Source: a virus
Virus record (IMG/VR): IMGVR_UViG_3300049855_000348
Coordinates: 1-64,000 of that record
Reading direction: 5' to 3' (one strand)
DNA length: 64,000 nucleotides
The notes beneath the pieces were generated by a model that saw only the letters and a list, made by a program, of their open reading frames with translations, was not told the origin of the DNA and searched no databases. Both the position numbers and the translations under genes were made by a program. Position 1 is the stretch's first letter. The number at the start of each line of letters is the position of its first letter. Shown here piece by piece: positions 30,351 to 39,878 of the stretch.

Positions 30351-31146
30351 TCCTGATCAGTTCGTTGTTTTTCACGTCCTGACAGAATGATGGGCGATCA
30401 ATAAGAAGGCTGTCGTTTTCAAATACGTCGATCGACAGCCTTTCAACTTCTGCCCATCTATAGAGAAAATGAAAGTGGTAGGAGTAGATCTCGAAGTCTG
30501 ACTCAACCTGAAGAAGTCGACCATCGATGTAGCGAACGGCTGGATGAATGCCTTTGTGATTCTGAAGAGAGTCGCGGCCAACGTGCTTGGCTCCAACTCG
30601 CTTCATCGCTATGGAAAACCACCGCTCATCAAGACAATGATGTTTTTCAGTATCGCAGATCTTTTGCCGAAAGTCCAGATCTTCTGAAAATTCTTTGAAC
30701 CACTTTTCTTGAGTAGAAGAAAAGTAGTCATTTTTGAACCATGTCCAATATCCTCCGATGCGATCATAATGACTGATTATTTCAACATCGTCAGAGATCA
30801 GATTTTTTACTAGATCGTAGTTTCCGTACATGGCATCCATGTCGGTCCACATAAAACAATCGTAATCTTTGATGATGTCGTTGAAGATCCAATAGAAGAG
30901 CGGTCGAAGATCACAAATTTTATAGGCATGCGGAAGACCCTTGAACTCTGGAATTATCTTTCTTACACGCTCGTTGATGTCCTCCATCGACATCTTTACG
31001 AATTCCATGTTAGGATACATCTTGGGAGGAGGTGTATCAGCAATAACGATGTACTTGTCGATTCCCTGCTTCGCACCTGAACGTCCAGTCAGGTGCCAGA
31101 TCTTAGGGTAAGGTCCCTGCCAAACGTTGAGCATGCAAGAACGCAT
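30334..31146 (-). CDS. putative glycosyltransferase (DUF6625-like pattern)
   Basis: 270 aa with YKICDLRPLFYWIF..DYDCFMWTDMDAMYGN. Last gene of the AT-rich minus-strand operon. Confidence 0.45.
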   Translation of the reverse strand: MRSCMLNVWQGPYPKIWHLTGRSGAKQGIDKYIVIADTPPPKMYPNMEFVKMSMEDINERVRKIIPEFKGLPHAYKICDLRPLFYWIFNDIIKDYDCFMWTDMDAMYGNYDLVKNLISDDVEIISHYDRIGGYWTWFKNDYFSSTQEKWFKEFSEDLDFRQKICDTEKHHCLDERWFSIAMKRVGAKHVGRDSLQNHKGIHPAVRYIDGRLLQVESDFEIYSYHFHFLYRWAEVERLSIDVFENDSLLIDRPSFCQDVKNNELIRIISRP

Positions 31147-31147
31147 C

Positions 31148-34009
31148 TTACCACCATGCCTTGAAGAAGCCGATACCGTCGGCGAAATATCTGAATGTAA
31201 CTGACATACCTTTTTTACGCAGGTAGGTAGAAAGACCTTCTATGGTATAATCAGAGATTGAATGACCACTCATCATACTTGCTGAGTATCGATTGTCTCC
31301 TTCCCTGAAGTTATGAAACTCACCGACAATCTTTTTTATTTTAGAAAGTTTTTTGGTGGTGTAGAGGATAGGGAACTCAGATCCTTCACAGTCAATCTTC
31401 AAAAGATCAACTTCATCTAAGATATCGTCTAGACCAATTACAGGGACACTTATTGTTCCACGCTCATAAATCACGTGTGCTCCTCCAAAGTTGTTTCCAA
31501 CGTTGGTGAGACTTGCTATTGATTTACGATATTCGTCTGATCTTCCTATAGCGGCTGTGATGACTTTGATAGATGGATATTTTTTTACATTTTGTGCAAG
31601 TATGAGGAGGTTGTCTAACATCGGCTCACAACATATCACTTCTTTTGCACCAAGTGAGGCGCACATGGCTGAGAATGCACCAATGTTGCCGCCGATGTCC
31701 AACACTGTTTTTCCGCTCACGTCAGATGGTTGTATCTCATACTCGTTTTCAATGACAACAGAGTGAATGACGCCCTGGTCAGTTGTATTTTCACGATAAA
31801 CGAGTTCGTTGGCGATGTTTTTTGCTTTGGCTTTACTGATAGGAAGTTTTGGAATAACTCTTTTGTGTGAATAGTATTCATCAAGCTGTGTTTGAGCAGT
31901 GATAAACTCAACAACATCGCCATGATAAAAACCAAGACCACCACTCTTCTTTATTTTGAAAAGATACAATGGTGTTCCACAACACATAGCCACATGCGCA
32001 ATACCTGAATCAACGGCAAACACAGCACGAGCCGACGAGATTTCGTCAAACAAGGCTTTCATGTCGGTGCCATGGTCTTTGAATGTTGCTAATGGGAAGG
32101 ATGCCTTCATCCATTCATCATGTGGTTGAAGGAAGACTATGTTATAGCCTTGCTCCGTGAATCGAGCGACCAATTGAACGATGTCGTCTTTAGAGATGTC
32201 GTAGTTGTTCGAGTAAGATCCCGACGAATGACCTACAAGGTGAAAAATGACATTGTTCCTTCCGGAATCACCACAAGAATATCCAAGATAGTCATGTGGA
32301 AAATCCAACGCATCAGCCGAACGGTCTTTATTACCGAATTTCATGACCTTGATGAAATTTGAAATAAAGTTAGAGCACTCGAAACTACTCCAGTGCTCGT
32401 GAACACAGTTGTCACTAGGAACTGGGATCCACCCTGTGAAATCCTCAGGTCCACCGTCAACTGGTCGAATCTTTGTTACAGGAATCTGCTCGATCCATTG
32501 ATCAATGTCTTGGTGTTCTATCCTGGCGATGTCTACAAACTCTCGCATCTTTTGATCAATGAGTTTGCTGTTACCGTAAAAGTAAAGTTTCTGCTTTGTA
32601 TGTTTAGCATACCAATAATACAAAGAGACATGCAATATAGCATCACCAAGACCTGACTTCCAGTTGATGTAAAGGAAGGGTTTTTCTTTCACCGCATTCT
32701 CCTTCCTATCAAACCACCGCTCAACCTTGTGTTCATCGTAGTTGAGCGTCCAGTCCCAGAAGGCTTCCTTGCTGCGGTAGACCCACATAGGAACACGCCA
32801 CCCTGCCGCGATGAAGCAGGGTCCGCTCTGGGGGGTGATCAACAGATCGAGCTTGCTGACCATGTCGACTATCCAGGAGATGTCGCCGTTGACCTGTCGC
32901 AGGTCTTCAACGCCCTCAGGAACGATTCTGTTGTCTCGGTTGCCTATCAGGAAGATCCGATGCTTTGGATAGCTTTGACGGGCTTCCTTGAGCATCTGGT
33001 CTAGGACTACAGGGTCGATATCTCCCTGGGTGTTGCTGTGGGTGATCAAACCGATGAGTCCGCCGTTTGGCCTTGGCTTTGGTCTGTTGAAGTGGATGTC
33101 AAAAGACTTTCCTGGAGTCATGGTCGGATCCATGAAACGGTAAAATCTCTTCACACCGTTCATCTGAGGCCATTCGTCTAAAGAAGGGTTACCACCGCAA
33201 TCGATCATGTCGGGAGTGCGTTCAGACCAGATCACCCCATCAAAAAACTCACAGGCAGCTTTGCGTTCTGGTTGAAACCAGACCAACACCGAGTGACCGG
33301 TTTTTATATGATAGAGATGAGCGGCAGCACAGAAACCTAACACATCACCGAGCATCTGGTGACCCATCCAGAATGATTTTTCGGCTTTCTTGACGTTGTG
33401 TGAATCGATAAGGAAATCGTCGTAGACGACCTTTTTCTTGAATCGAACGACTACCTTTTTTTCAATATCAGAGAAGTCATCAAGCTGGAAGGCATATCCC
33501 TCTACGGTGATTTTGACATTTAGATTACTTGCACGATAGAGATAATCGACACCTTCCTGCTTCAAAATCTCAACATTATATTTGAGAAAATCATAGGTCT
33601 TTTTTGGATCATTTACGGCATAAAATTGTGTGCCCCATGGAGCACCACTTTTGATGGTGAATAAGCCTTTTGTATCGAGAGGTAGTGTTGTTTCACTGTG
33701 AAAAAACAAAAGGTCGTAATCGTCACCTTCGTTCATGATACCATCAATATCAGACATGAGTCCACGACGAAAGAGAGCATCATCTTCACAGATGAAGATC
33801 TTCTTATGTCCAGCTTTTATCGCCATTTCTAGGACTTTGATATGACCGAGAGTACAAGCCAGTCGACGATTCTCGTTCACGACTCCGTCTACCACAACGT
33901 AGGTCGTGTTCATCTCTTCCATTTGCTTAGCAAAAATGGCACGTCGATCACTACGGCTGGGGAGACTCAGGACGTAGACCTGATCAACGTAATCATTCAA
34001 CGATGTCAT
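31148..34009 (-). CDS. 953-aa multidomain fusion: GT25-like glycosyltransferase, two GT9 (heptosyltransferase)-like modules and an FkbM-type methyltransferase
   Basis: The N-terminus (YVLSLPSRSDRR...GHIKVLEMA...IFICEDDALF) looks like GT25. The middle (LGDVLGFCAAAH..., LIGLITHSN..., ITPQSGPCFIAAGW...) looks like GT9. The C-terminus (VLDIGGNIGAFS...LLKIDCEGSEFPIL) looks like FkbM. Confidence 0.6.
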   Translation of the reverse strand: MTSLNDYVDQVYVLSLPSRSDRRAIFAKQMEEMNTTYVVVDGVVNENRRLACTLGHIKVLEMAIKAGHKKIFICEDDALFRRGLMSDIDGIMNEGDDYDLLFFHSETTLPLDTKGLFTIKSGAPWGTQFYAVNDPKKTYDFLKYNVEILKQEGVDYLYRASNLNVKITVEGYAFQLDDFSDIEKKVVVRFKKKVVYDDFLIDSHNVKKAEKSFWMGHQMLGDVLGFCAAAHLYHIKTGHSVLVWFQPERKAACEFFDGVIWSERTPDMIDCGGNPSLDEWPQMNGVKRFYRFMDPTMTPGKSFDIHFNRPKPRPNGGLIGLITHSNTQGDIDPVVLDQMLKEARQSYPKHRIFLIGNRDNRIVPEGVEDLRQVNGDISWIVDMVSKLDLLITPQSGPCFIAAGWRVPMWVYRSKEAFWDWTLNYDEHKVERWFDRKENAVKEKPFLYINWKSGLGDAILHVSLYYWYAKHTKQKLYFYGNSKLIDQKMREFVDIARIEHQDIDQWIEQIPVTKIRPVDGGPEDFTGWIPVPSDNCVHEHWSSFECSNFISNFIKVMKFGNKDRSADALDFPHDYLGYSCGDSGRNNVIFHLVGHSSGSYSNNYDISKDDIVQLVARFTEQGYNIVFLQPHDEWMKASFPLATFKDHGTDMKALFDEISSARAVFAVDSGIAHVAMCCGTPLYLFKIKKSGGLGFYHGDVVEFITAQTQLDEYYSHKRVIPKLPISKAKAKNIANELVYRENTTDQGVIHSVVIENEYEIQPSDVSGKTVLDIGGNIGAFSAMCASLGAKEVICCEPMLDNLLILAQNVKKYPSIKVITAAIGRSDEYRKSIASLTNVGNNFGGAHVIYERGTISVPVIGLDDILDEVDLLKIDCEGSEFPILYTTKKLSKIKKIVGEFHNFREGDNRYSASMMSGHSISDYTIEGLSTYLRKKGMSVTFRYFADGIGFFKAWW

Positions 34010-34026
34010 GAGATGGACGCCCTGTC

Positions 34027-34215
34027 TTATTGACGTTGCAGATTCAGTATTTCTAGCTCAAGGTCAATAAGCAAACGCGGAACGTCGCCTCCGTTTGGCT
34101 TACCCTCACGCTTCAGACGTTCATTGATCCAAACGTCGAGGTGTTCCTTCGGGGTATGCTTACGAAGGTGATCAACGACTCGTTGCAGTAGATCGATTTC
34201 ACGATTTTTTGACAA
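34027..34215 (-). CDS. small hypothetical protein
   Basis: 62-aa ORF within the operon. Confidence 0.4.
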   Translation of the reverse strand: MSKNREIDLLQRVVDHLRKHTPKEHLDVWINERLKREGKPNGGDVPRLLIDLELEILNLQRQ

Positions 34216-35050
34216 TGTTGAATCCTTTGATCAAGAGTTCTTTGGCACGCATCAAGTGGACAATAGCCGGACTGTTTTTGTTTTTCTCTCCGCTCATGTA
34301 GTCTTCAAATGTCCAAACCTCTCCCATAGGGAGCTTGTTTACATACTGACCAGTCCAATCAGAAGCCCAGTAGTTGTTGGTGTTTTTGTAGACGTTCAAC
34401 TTCCAGTCATTCACGAAATGACCGATATAGGCTAGAGCAACTTCCTCGGTGATATCAAGTAGGTGTAGCTCGTTACGACCAAACTCATAGAACTCAATGG
34501 CTTTATTGTAAAATTCGTCAATCGACTCACGACGCACAATCCAAAAGCCGGCGTTTGTGTTGTAGACAGGTTGGTCTTGAGGAACACCACGATAGTGTAG
34601 AAGAACCTTGTACCATTTTATCGGTACTCCCCACCAGTCATCACGCTTTACGAACTGACCTTCGCACTTGGATTCAAGCTGGACGAACCATTTGTTGTCG
34701 CGCAGTAGTTTGTCGAATGGACGTGGCTTGCGGACGAAGAAATTGTCAGCATCGAGCCAGACAAAGTAGGCGTAGTCGAGCTTGGAGACCTCTTCCTTCA
34801 GGTACTCGAACTTGAACAGGTAGTGATCGTTGCTCAATTCCTCAATATGGTGGAAGAAGACACCTGGATCGCCAAGGGTATCCCATGGCTCATCAGTCCA
34901 CACATGGAAGTCTTCAGTAACACCAACTCGCCGTGCTGAGATAATGCAGGTCCTGAACATTTTAGCGTGGTCACCGGTGGCAACCGACCAGTAACAGAAC
35001 TCACGATTCGTATTCGGTTGTACGTGGATCAATTCATTTACTTTGTTCAC
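34199..35050 (-). CDS. putative GT-A fold glycosyltransferase (DXD motif)
   Basis: 283 aa with YAYFVWLDADNFFV. Confidence 0.45.
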   Translation of the reverse strand: MNKVNELIHVQPNTNREFCYWSVATGDHAKMFRTCIISARRVGVTEDFHVWTDEPWDTLGDPGVFFHHIEELSNDHYLFKFEYLKEEVSKLDYAYFVWLDADNFFVRKPRPFDKLLRDNKWFVQLESKCEGQFVKRDDWWGVPIKWYKVLLHYRGVPQDQPVYNTNAGFWIVRRESIDEFYNKAIEFYEFGRNELHLLDITEEVALAYIGHFVNDWKLNVYKNTNNYWASDWTGQYVNKLPMGEVWTFEDYMSGEKNKNSPAIVHLMRAKELLIKGFNIVKKS

Positions 35051-35238
35051 GGGTTGTCCTTCGAGTAGGCTGCGTCGTCGATGATGCGATGAAGGCGCTT
35101 GACCTCCATCATCAGAATAACGATGTCCCAGTCGCTTGGTACGACCTGAACGATGTGGGGTAGCTCACACATGGTTTTGTGAGCGTGGTCCATGGCCTCT
35201 TTGAGTGTTCGATCTTTGATGGTCGCGTTCTTGGCCAT
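35047..35238 (-). CDS. small hypothetical protein
   Basis: 63-aa ORF that overlaps the downstream start. Confidence 0.4.
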   Translation of the reverse strand: MAKNATIKDRTLKEAMDHAHKTMCELPHIVQVVPSDWDIVILMMEVKRLHRIIDDAAYSKDNP

Positions 35239-35265
35239 GACGAATCTACCCAGGGGAAAGGTGAA

Positions 35266-35472
35266 TCAGGACGGGTCAGCCGGTGTGTAGCGGATGACCC
35301 CGCGACCCTTGGCAATCAGGGCAGCACTTTCGGCATCCCAGCCATCGGCGGTGTAGGTCACGAGGTGCTTCTCGTGGGAGTTGAACGCCAGGGACACCCA
35401 GTATTTGCCGGGCTCCTCAGGCTTCTTTCCCTTGATCCAGGGGCAGCGGTAGCCGTTGGGGGTGATGGTCAT
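35266..35472 (-). CDS. small hypothetical protein
   Basis: 68-aa ORF. Confidence 0.4.
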   Translation of the reverse strand: MTITPNGYRCPWIKGKKPEEPGKYWVSLAFNSHEKHLVTYTADGWDAESAALIAKGRGVIRYTPADPS

Positions 35473-35753
35473 GTTGGCCTCGGTTTGAACTGGCCGATGT
35501 CGTCGGCGAACTTGGCCCAGCGCAGGAGAGCTTTGGTGGCATCCTCCATGTTCCAGATCAGATCTCGGCCATTCTCTTTTCGAGTGGCTTCGCTGATGGC
35601 TGTGTAAAGCGGAAGGTTGCCTCTGATCAGATCCTCAGCGAAGAACTTCCGGCTCTCCTCCTCTTGCGAGTGTTTGCAGATGATCTCGACAGCGTCTGGG
35701 ACATTGTCTGGTGAGTCTGGTGGAGTGAGACCGCTGCCGACCTGGATGCTCAC
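35469..35753 (-). CDS. hypothetical protein
   Basis: 94-aa ORF with overlapping stop and start. Confidence 0.45.
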   Translation of the reverse strand: MSIQVGSGLTPPDSPDNVPDAVEIICKHSQEEESRKFFAEDLIRGNLPLYTAISEATRKENGRDLIWNMEDATKALLRWAKFADDIGQFKPRPT

Positions 35754-36337
35754 AGGCGACTCGCTGTGTTCCCGATTTGTTCGAGCTTGTCGAGGCGAGT
35801 ACCGAGTTGATATTTGGCATGCTCGGTGATGAGTTGGCCGAGGATTCTACCCTTCAACTGGTAGTCTGACAGGTTGTAGGCGATGGTGTTGAAATGCTGA
35901 TCTCCGCGCACACTATTGACGATGTCTCGGATGATCTCGCAGATGTTCTTGAGGGCGTTTTTCGCATCGTACTCACCACTGAAACCGGGCAAACTCTGAT
36001 CGTTGTCTTTGAGTAGCTGTTGTTCGATCTCGTTTAGCCTAACACTGAGAGATTCGACGAGCTTGGTAAAGTCGTTTTGATTGACGCTGTGAATAGCATT
36101 CAAAACCTTATTACCCTCATCGATGAGTTTTTTCAGGTCAGCAGCTTTGGCTTCGATATCGACGTAAACCTTCTTCGCCGCGACATCGATGATCGTCTCA
36201 ATCTCTTTCTTTGTGCTCTCTGAGATCTTGAGGCTTACTACCTTGATGGCCTCATCGATCGCACGCTGACGCATCTCTGGCGATGGCCAGAGAAAGGCTT
36301 CGTCCATCTGAACTGGCTCAGGAGCATCAACCATCAC
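35750..36337 (-). CDS. hypothetical helical protein
   Basis: 195-aa ORF. Confidence 0.5.
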   Translation of the reverse strand: MMVDAPEPVQMDEAFLWPSPEMRQRAIDEAIKVVSLKISESTKKEIETIIDVAAKKVYVDIEAKAADLKKLIDEGNKVLNAIHSVNQNDFTKLVESLSVRLNEIEQQLLKDNDQSLPGFSGEYDAKNALKNICEIIRDIVNSVRGDQHFNTIAYNLSDYQLKGRILGQLITEHAKYQLGTRLDKLEQIGNTASRL

Positions 36338-36732
36338 TTCGACTCGACGCGGGCACCACTCAGGGCGAGTGTACGGGCTAGGACGACCGCATCAGCCTCG
36401 GAGGAGCAGGGGATCCAGACGCCGAATTGCAGCGGTGGATTCATCGGAGGAACAGCCAGTTCCTTCTCGACCGGTTTGACACGGAAGCGGTTGATGATTT
36501 CAGTCAACTCTTGGAAGAGGACCTTGGAACGATCCTGGATCTCGACGCAGACCAGAACGGTACCTTTTTTGACATCTTCGCCGATAGGATACCGGGAGAC
36601 TCGGTGGTACTTTTTCTTCTTCAGACCGGAGTTGATCTTGTCGGTTCTCTTGTTGAAAGCGACGATTACTTTCGAGAACTCATTGAACCGATCGTGCTTG
36701 ATGGTGGCTTTGAGATCGTGTCCGCTGCTCAT
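36334..36732 (-). CDS. hypothetical protein, first gene of the glycosylation-island operon (leaderless)
   Basis: The ATG at 36732 is 7 nt after the -10 of promoter 36739..36766. Confidence 0.55.
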   Translation of the reverse strand: MSSGHDLKATIKHDRFNEFSKVIVAFNKRTDKINSGLKKKKYHRVSRYPIGEDVKKGTVLVCVEIQDRSKVLFQELTEIINRFRVKPVEKELAVPPMNPPLQFGVWIPCSSEADAVVLARTLALSGARVESK

Positions 36733-36738
36733 GCCGGA

Positions 36739-36766
36739 AGTATAGCGACCTTTTGGTAGCTGTCAA
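36739..36766 (-). promoter_or_regulatory. class I promoter with leaderless geometry
   Basis: Minus strand reads TTGACAGCTACcaaaagGTCGCTATACT followed by tccggcATG. Confidence 0.75.
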
Positions 36767-37077
36767 CCGTGATCCATGTCTGGTCTGCTGTTGACGAGAC
36801 GGATCTCGACGAACTCGGTGATCTCAACCTCCAACTTCAGGAAGTCCTCACTGTGGATGCTCCTGGACCCACCAGATGGCACCAGGATCCTGCCGGCGAC
36901 AGCCTCGTAGAGGATCTGTTCGAGAACCTGCACCGAGAGCCGTTTGTCCTTGATGGTGAATGACCAGCACCGTGGAGTGGAGACCAAGGAGGTCATGCCG
37001 GCGTTCTCACCCGACCTGATCATCCAGAGCACACCATCGCCATCCTGGTGAACATCGATCAGGTCGAGGAGCTTCAT
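36763..37077 (-). CDS. hypothetical protein
   Basis: 104-aa ORF. Confidence 0.45.
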   Translation of the reverse strand: MKLLDLIDVHQDGDGVLWMIRSGENAGMTSLVSTPRCWSFTIKDKRLSVQVLEQILYEAVAGRILVPSGGSRSIHSEDFLKLEVEITEFVEIRLVNSRPDMDHG

Positions 37078-37084
37078 GGCTTAG

Positions 37085-37411
37085 TTAGGCTTCGCCGTTG
37101 TTGGTGTCTTTCCATTTATTCCAATCCAATCCCATCATCACCTTTGTGGGATCGGTGTCTCTACCAGTGTGATAGGTATCACCTTCATCTTCTTCCATCG
37201 GTTGTGAGAGTAGACGATTGATGCCGTTGAATTTATCCCATAGAAATTCGTTTTGTTTACGAAGATCGGCTATGTCTGAATTTTTATATTCAGATTCTCT
37301 TTCAAGCTCTATGATACGTTGGCGTAGCCGTTCATTCTCCTCAATCAGCTTCTGAAGCTCTGGAGGAATCACGCCATCACCATCAAACACCTGCACTTCA
37401 GACAAGCCCAT
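37085..37411 (-). CDS. hypothetical coiled-coil protein (N-terminal SEVQVFDGDG motif family)
   Basis: 108-aa ORF. Confidence 0.5.
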   Translation of the reverse strand: MGLSEVQVFDGDGVIPPELQKLIEENERLRQRIIELERESEYKNSDIADLRKQNEFLWDKFNGINRLLSQPMEEDEGDTYHTGRDTDPTKVMMGLDWNKWKDTNNGEA

Positions 37412-38261
37412 CGGTCACCATGTCCTCTCTGTCGACATCTTCTCCGAGGTACTTCTTCTCGAAACGTTTTTCAGCGATCTCACAGTTTCTGATGAAGCAC
37501 TCCTGCTGTTTGGTGGTCCACTTTGCGGTGGTCACCTTGTAGGGCTGCTGGCCTTTGTTCGTCATCTGCGTCCGGTCACGAGTGTTACGAAGGCAGATGT
37601 AGAAGGCTTCCGAATCGTACTGTGACTGAACGATCCACATCACGGTCGTGTCTTTGAAAATGATGCGACGAGAGCCGACTACCACTATCAATGATTTCAG
37701 CTTGAATGGGTCGATGATGCCGATGAAGTTTTCTCTTGTCTCGTCGGTGATCTTCTTCACCTCAAGGACGATCGTATGTTGCGATCGAAAGAGATTGGCT
37801 TCGAGAGAACCGCATACGATGGTGTGTGAAGTCTGGTTCATCGCATTCTCGTACAGACAGCGATGCTTCTGACGAAGGGCGTCTATGTCGATCCGCAATC
37901 CAATGTTGGCCAGGAAAGCGCAGAGGTAGCCGTTGATGCGAACGAAGACATCTTCGTGTTTCTTATCTTCCCCTGTGAACTGGTAGAGACGCAGAGCCAG
38001 CACGTGCTCATCGAGCAGCAACTGTTGGAGCGACAACTGGTCACGGTCCTTCTCCGTGATGTTGTGATAGTCCATGACCTGACCTTTGCCGGAGATCAGG
38101 AAGCAGTAGAGCAGTCGACGGCAGGCGACGCCGACCCGGTCAGCGTAGCCGGCACGCTCCAGGATGAAGTTCCGGCAATCGCCTGGGATGTAACCCCAGT
38201 TGATCGGGTTCTCCCACTCAAGGGGGCCGCCAATGCCGTCACCGACCTGGATCGATCTCAC
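37398..38261 (-). CDS. hypothetical protein
   Basis: 287-aa ORF. Confidence 0.55.
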   Translation of the reverse strand: MRSIQVGDGIGGPLEWENPINWGYIPGDCRNFILERAGYADRVGVACRRLLYCFLISGKGQVMDYHNITEKDRDQLSLQQLLLDEHVLALRLYQFTGEDKKHEDVFVRINGYLCAFLANIGLRIDIDALRQKHRCLYENAMNQTSHTIVCGSLEANLFRSQHTIVLEVKKITDETRENFIGIIDPFKLKSLIVVVGSRRIIFKDTTVMWIVQSQYDSEAFYICLRNTRDRTQMTNKGQQPYKVTTAKWTTKQQECFIRNCEIAEKRFEKKYLGEDVDREDMVTDGLV

Positions 38262-39211
38262 TTGGCAGCTTTCGCCAGCTTGAGCTTTTCCTTGGCGTCC
38301 TTCACCGCTTGGCGGGTCTCTTTGACCATGACCTTGGCGCTGGCCAGGGTCGGCAGGAACTGAACCTCGGGGTTGTTGCCGAGCTTGGCCCAGTTCTTCT
38401 GGACGCTTTCCAGGTTGCCATTGGCCAGCACCCCGCCGTTGTACTTGGCGCAGTAGCTCAGGGTGCCGTAGAGGTCATCCCAGCAGCGTTTCCGGCGCTC
38501 CAGAGCCTCGATCTCGGTCTGAAGGGTCTCCAGGTGCGTCTTGCGATCAACCTTCGCCTGAGCGACCGCACGGTCGATCTCTGCCTGCCGGGCGACCACA
38601 TCGAAGCCCTCAGCCGACTCAACCAGGGTGGGCACCTGACGGTAGACGGTCATCTGACCATCGGCAGCGTTCTCGCCGTAGCGGTAGTTGGTCTTGAGGC
38701 TGGTTCTGAGGACCAGCTTCTTGTCGCCCAGGACCACAGTGCAGTAGCCGACCAGTTCCGAGTCCAGGCTGACGTTCAGGGTCACCTCACCATCACCACC
38801 GATCAGATCGGCCTTCTCGCCGACACGGGCGGCGAAGAACGCCTTGTTGTCTTCCCACTGCTGATCAGCCGCCTTCTCGATCGCGGCTTCATCCAAGGTC
38901 CAGCCGGCGATTTCCTTCTGGAGGTTGCGGAAGCGGAGGTCCTGATTCTGGTAGGTGGGGGTGGCCGGAGCGGCTTCCTTGTTCTTGTTGACCCAGGCGT
39001 GGCGGATGCGGCTGGCCGGGAAGCTCTTGTAGTCGTCCATGGAGCGGACGTGGACCGGCAGGCGCTCGCTGGGCACCCAAGCGGCGACCTCCTTCTGGGT
39101 GATCGCCAGCAGGCGCTTGGCCCAGTCCAGCATGTTGGCGCGGATCTTGTCGCGCACGACATCGAAGGCCGGGGTGTTCAGGGCAGCGAGGATGGCGGTG
39201 CTGTTGCTCAT
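38258..39211 (-). CDS. hypothetical protein (leaderless)
   Basis: The ATG at 39211 is 7 nt after the -10. The ORF-track ATG at 39217 abuts the -10 and was rejected. Confidence 0.55.
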   Translation of the reverse strand: MSNSTAILAALNTPAFDVVRDKIRANMLDWAKRLLAITQKEVAAWVPSERLPVHVRSMDDYKSFPASRIRHAWVNKNKEAAPATPTYQNQDLRFRNLQKEIAGWTLDEAAIEKAADQQWEDNKAFFAARVGEKADLIGGDGEVTLNVSLDSELVGYCTVVLGDKKLVLRTSLKTNYRYGENAADGQMTVYRQVPTLVESAEGFDVVARQAEIDRAVAQAKVDRKTHLETLQTEIEALERRKRCWDDLYGTLSYCAKYNGGVLANGNLESVQKNWAKLGNNPEVQFLPTLASAKVMVKETRQAVKDAKEKLKLAKAAK

Positions 39212-39217
39212 GCCCAT

Positions 39218-39245
39218 ATATTAGCGATCTTTTGGTCTAAGTCAA
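39218..39245 (-). promoter_or_regulatory. class I promoter with leaderless geometry
   Basis: Minus strand reads TTGACTTAGACcaaaagATCGCTAATAT followed by atgggcATG. Confidence 0.75.
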
Positions 39246-39253
39246 CACCTATC

Positions 39254-39841
39254 CTAGAACTTCCATCCAATCCCGAAGCTCACGTCCGACAGGTAGACGG
39301 AAAGCATGCCTAGAAACGGCCCGTTTTCCAACTCGGCCACCACCCCAACGTGGTCGCTGCGGCTGACGATGCTGTTCATGCAGTCAGAAAGCTGATCCCC
39401 ATACCAGTAGCGGTACCGGAGGATGAGGGAGCCACCGAAGGTCGGATCTCGCAAGGCTGGACCACCGAAGATCCAACCACCCTCAGCCCAGGATCTGGAC
39501 TCAAGGTCGAACCAGGGGTGATCGTAGTCAATGCCGATGAAAGGACGAACGGTCGTGTGCTCCTCTTCCCGAAGATTATACCTTTGGCTGCCGAAGGTGT
39601 CGTGAACGCTGTTCTGGATCTGCTTGCCATTGAGATCGCCGGAAAGCAACACACCAGCCCTGATGAATTCGTAGCGAACCGAAGTTGCCAGGATGTCTAC
39701 CCGGGAGTCGCCGTAGATGCGATCGGTGTAGAGTCGTCCGTCGATGGTCAGTTCTGTGGTCGCTTGTCGGAGTGTGAGAACAAGACCACCGGTCATGTAA
39801 TCATCACCACCGTCGTTGAGAAGGAGCAGTAGGAAATCCAT
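39254..39841 (-). CDS. hypothetical protein with an outer-membrane beta-barrel-like C-terminus (...GIGWKF)
   Basis: 195 aa with alternating aromatic/hydrophobic strands and a terminal Phe. No convincing signal peptide. The start is leaderless. Confidence 0.45.
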   Translation of the reverse strand: MDFLLLLLNDGGDDYMTGGLVLTLRQATTELTIDGRLYTDRIYGDSRVDILATSVRYEFIRAGVLLSGDLNGKQIQNSVHDTFGSQRYNLREEEHTTVRPFIGIDYDHPWFDLESRSWAEGGWIFGGPALRDPTFGGSLILRYRYWYGDQLSDCMNSIVSRSDHVGVVAELENGPFLGMLSVYLSDVSFGIGWKF

Positions 39842-39847
39842 CTTTCA

Positions 39848-39875
39848 AATATAGCGACTTTTTTATCTAAGTCAA
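39848..39875 (-). promoter_or_regulatory. class I promoter with leaderless geometry
   Basis: Minus strand reads TTGACTTAGATaaaaaaGTCGCTATATT followed by tgaaagATG. The ATG at 39841 is 7 nt after the -10. Confidence 0.75.
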
Positions 39876-39878
39876 GAA

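Noticed and set aside
38309-39313. 334-aa plus-strand ORF opposite 38258..39211
   Set aside because: It is a shadow ORF. The minus-strand gene starts exactly at leaderless distance from a consensus promoter.
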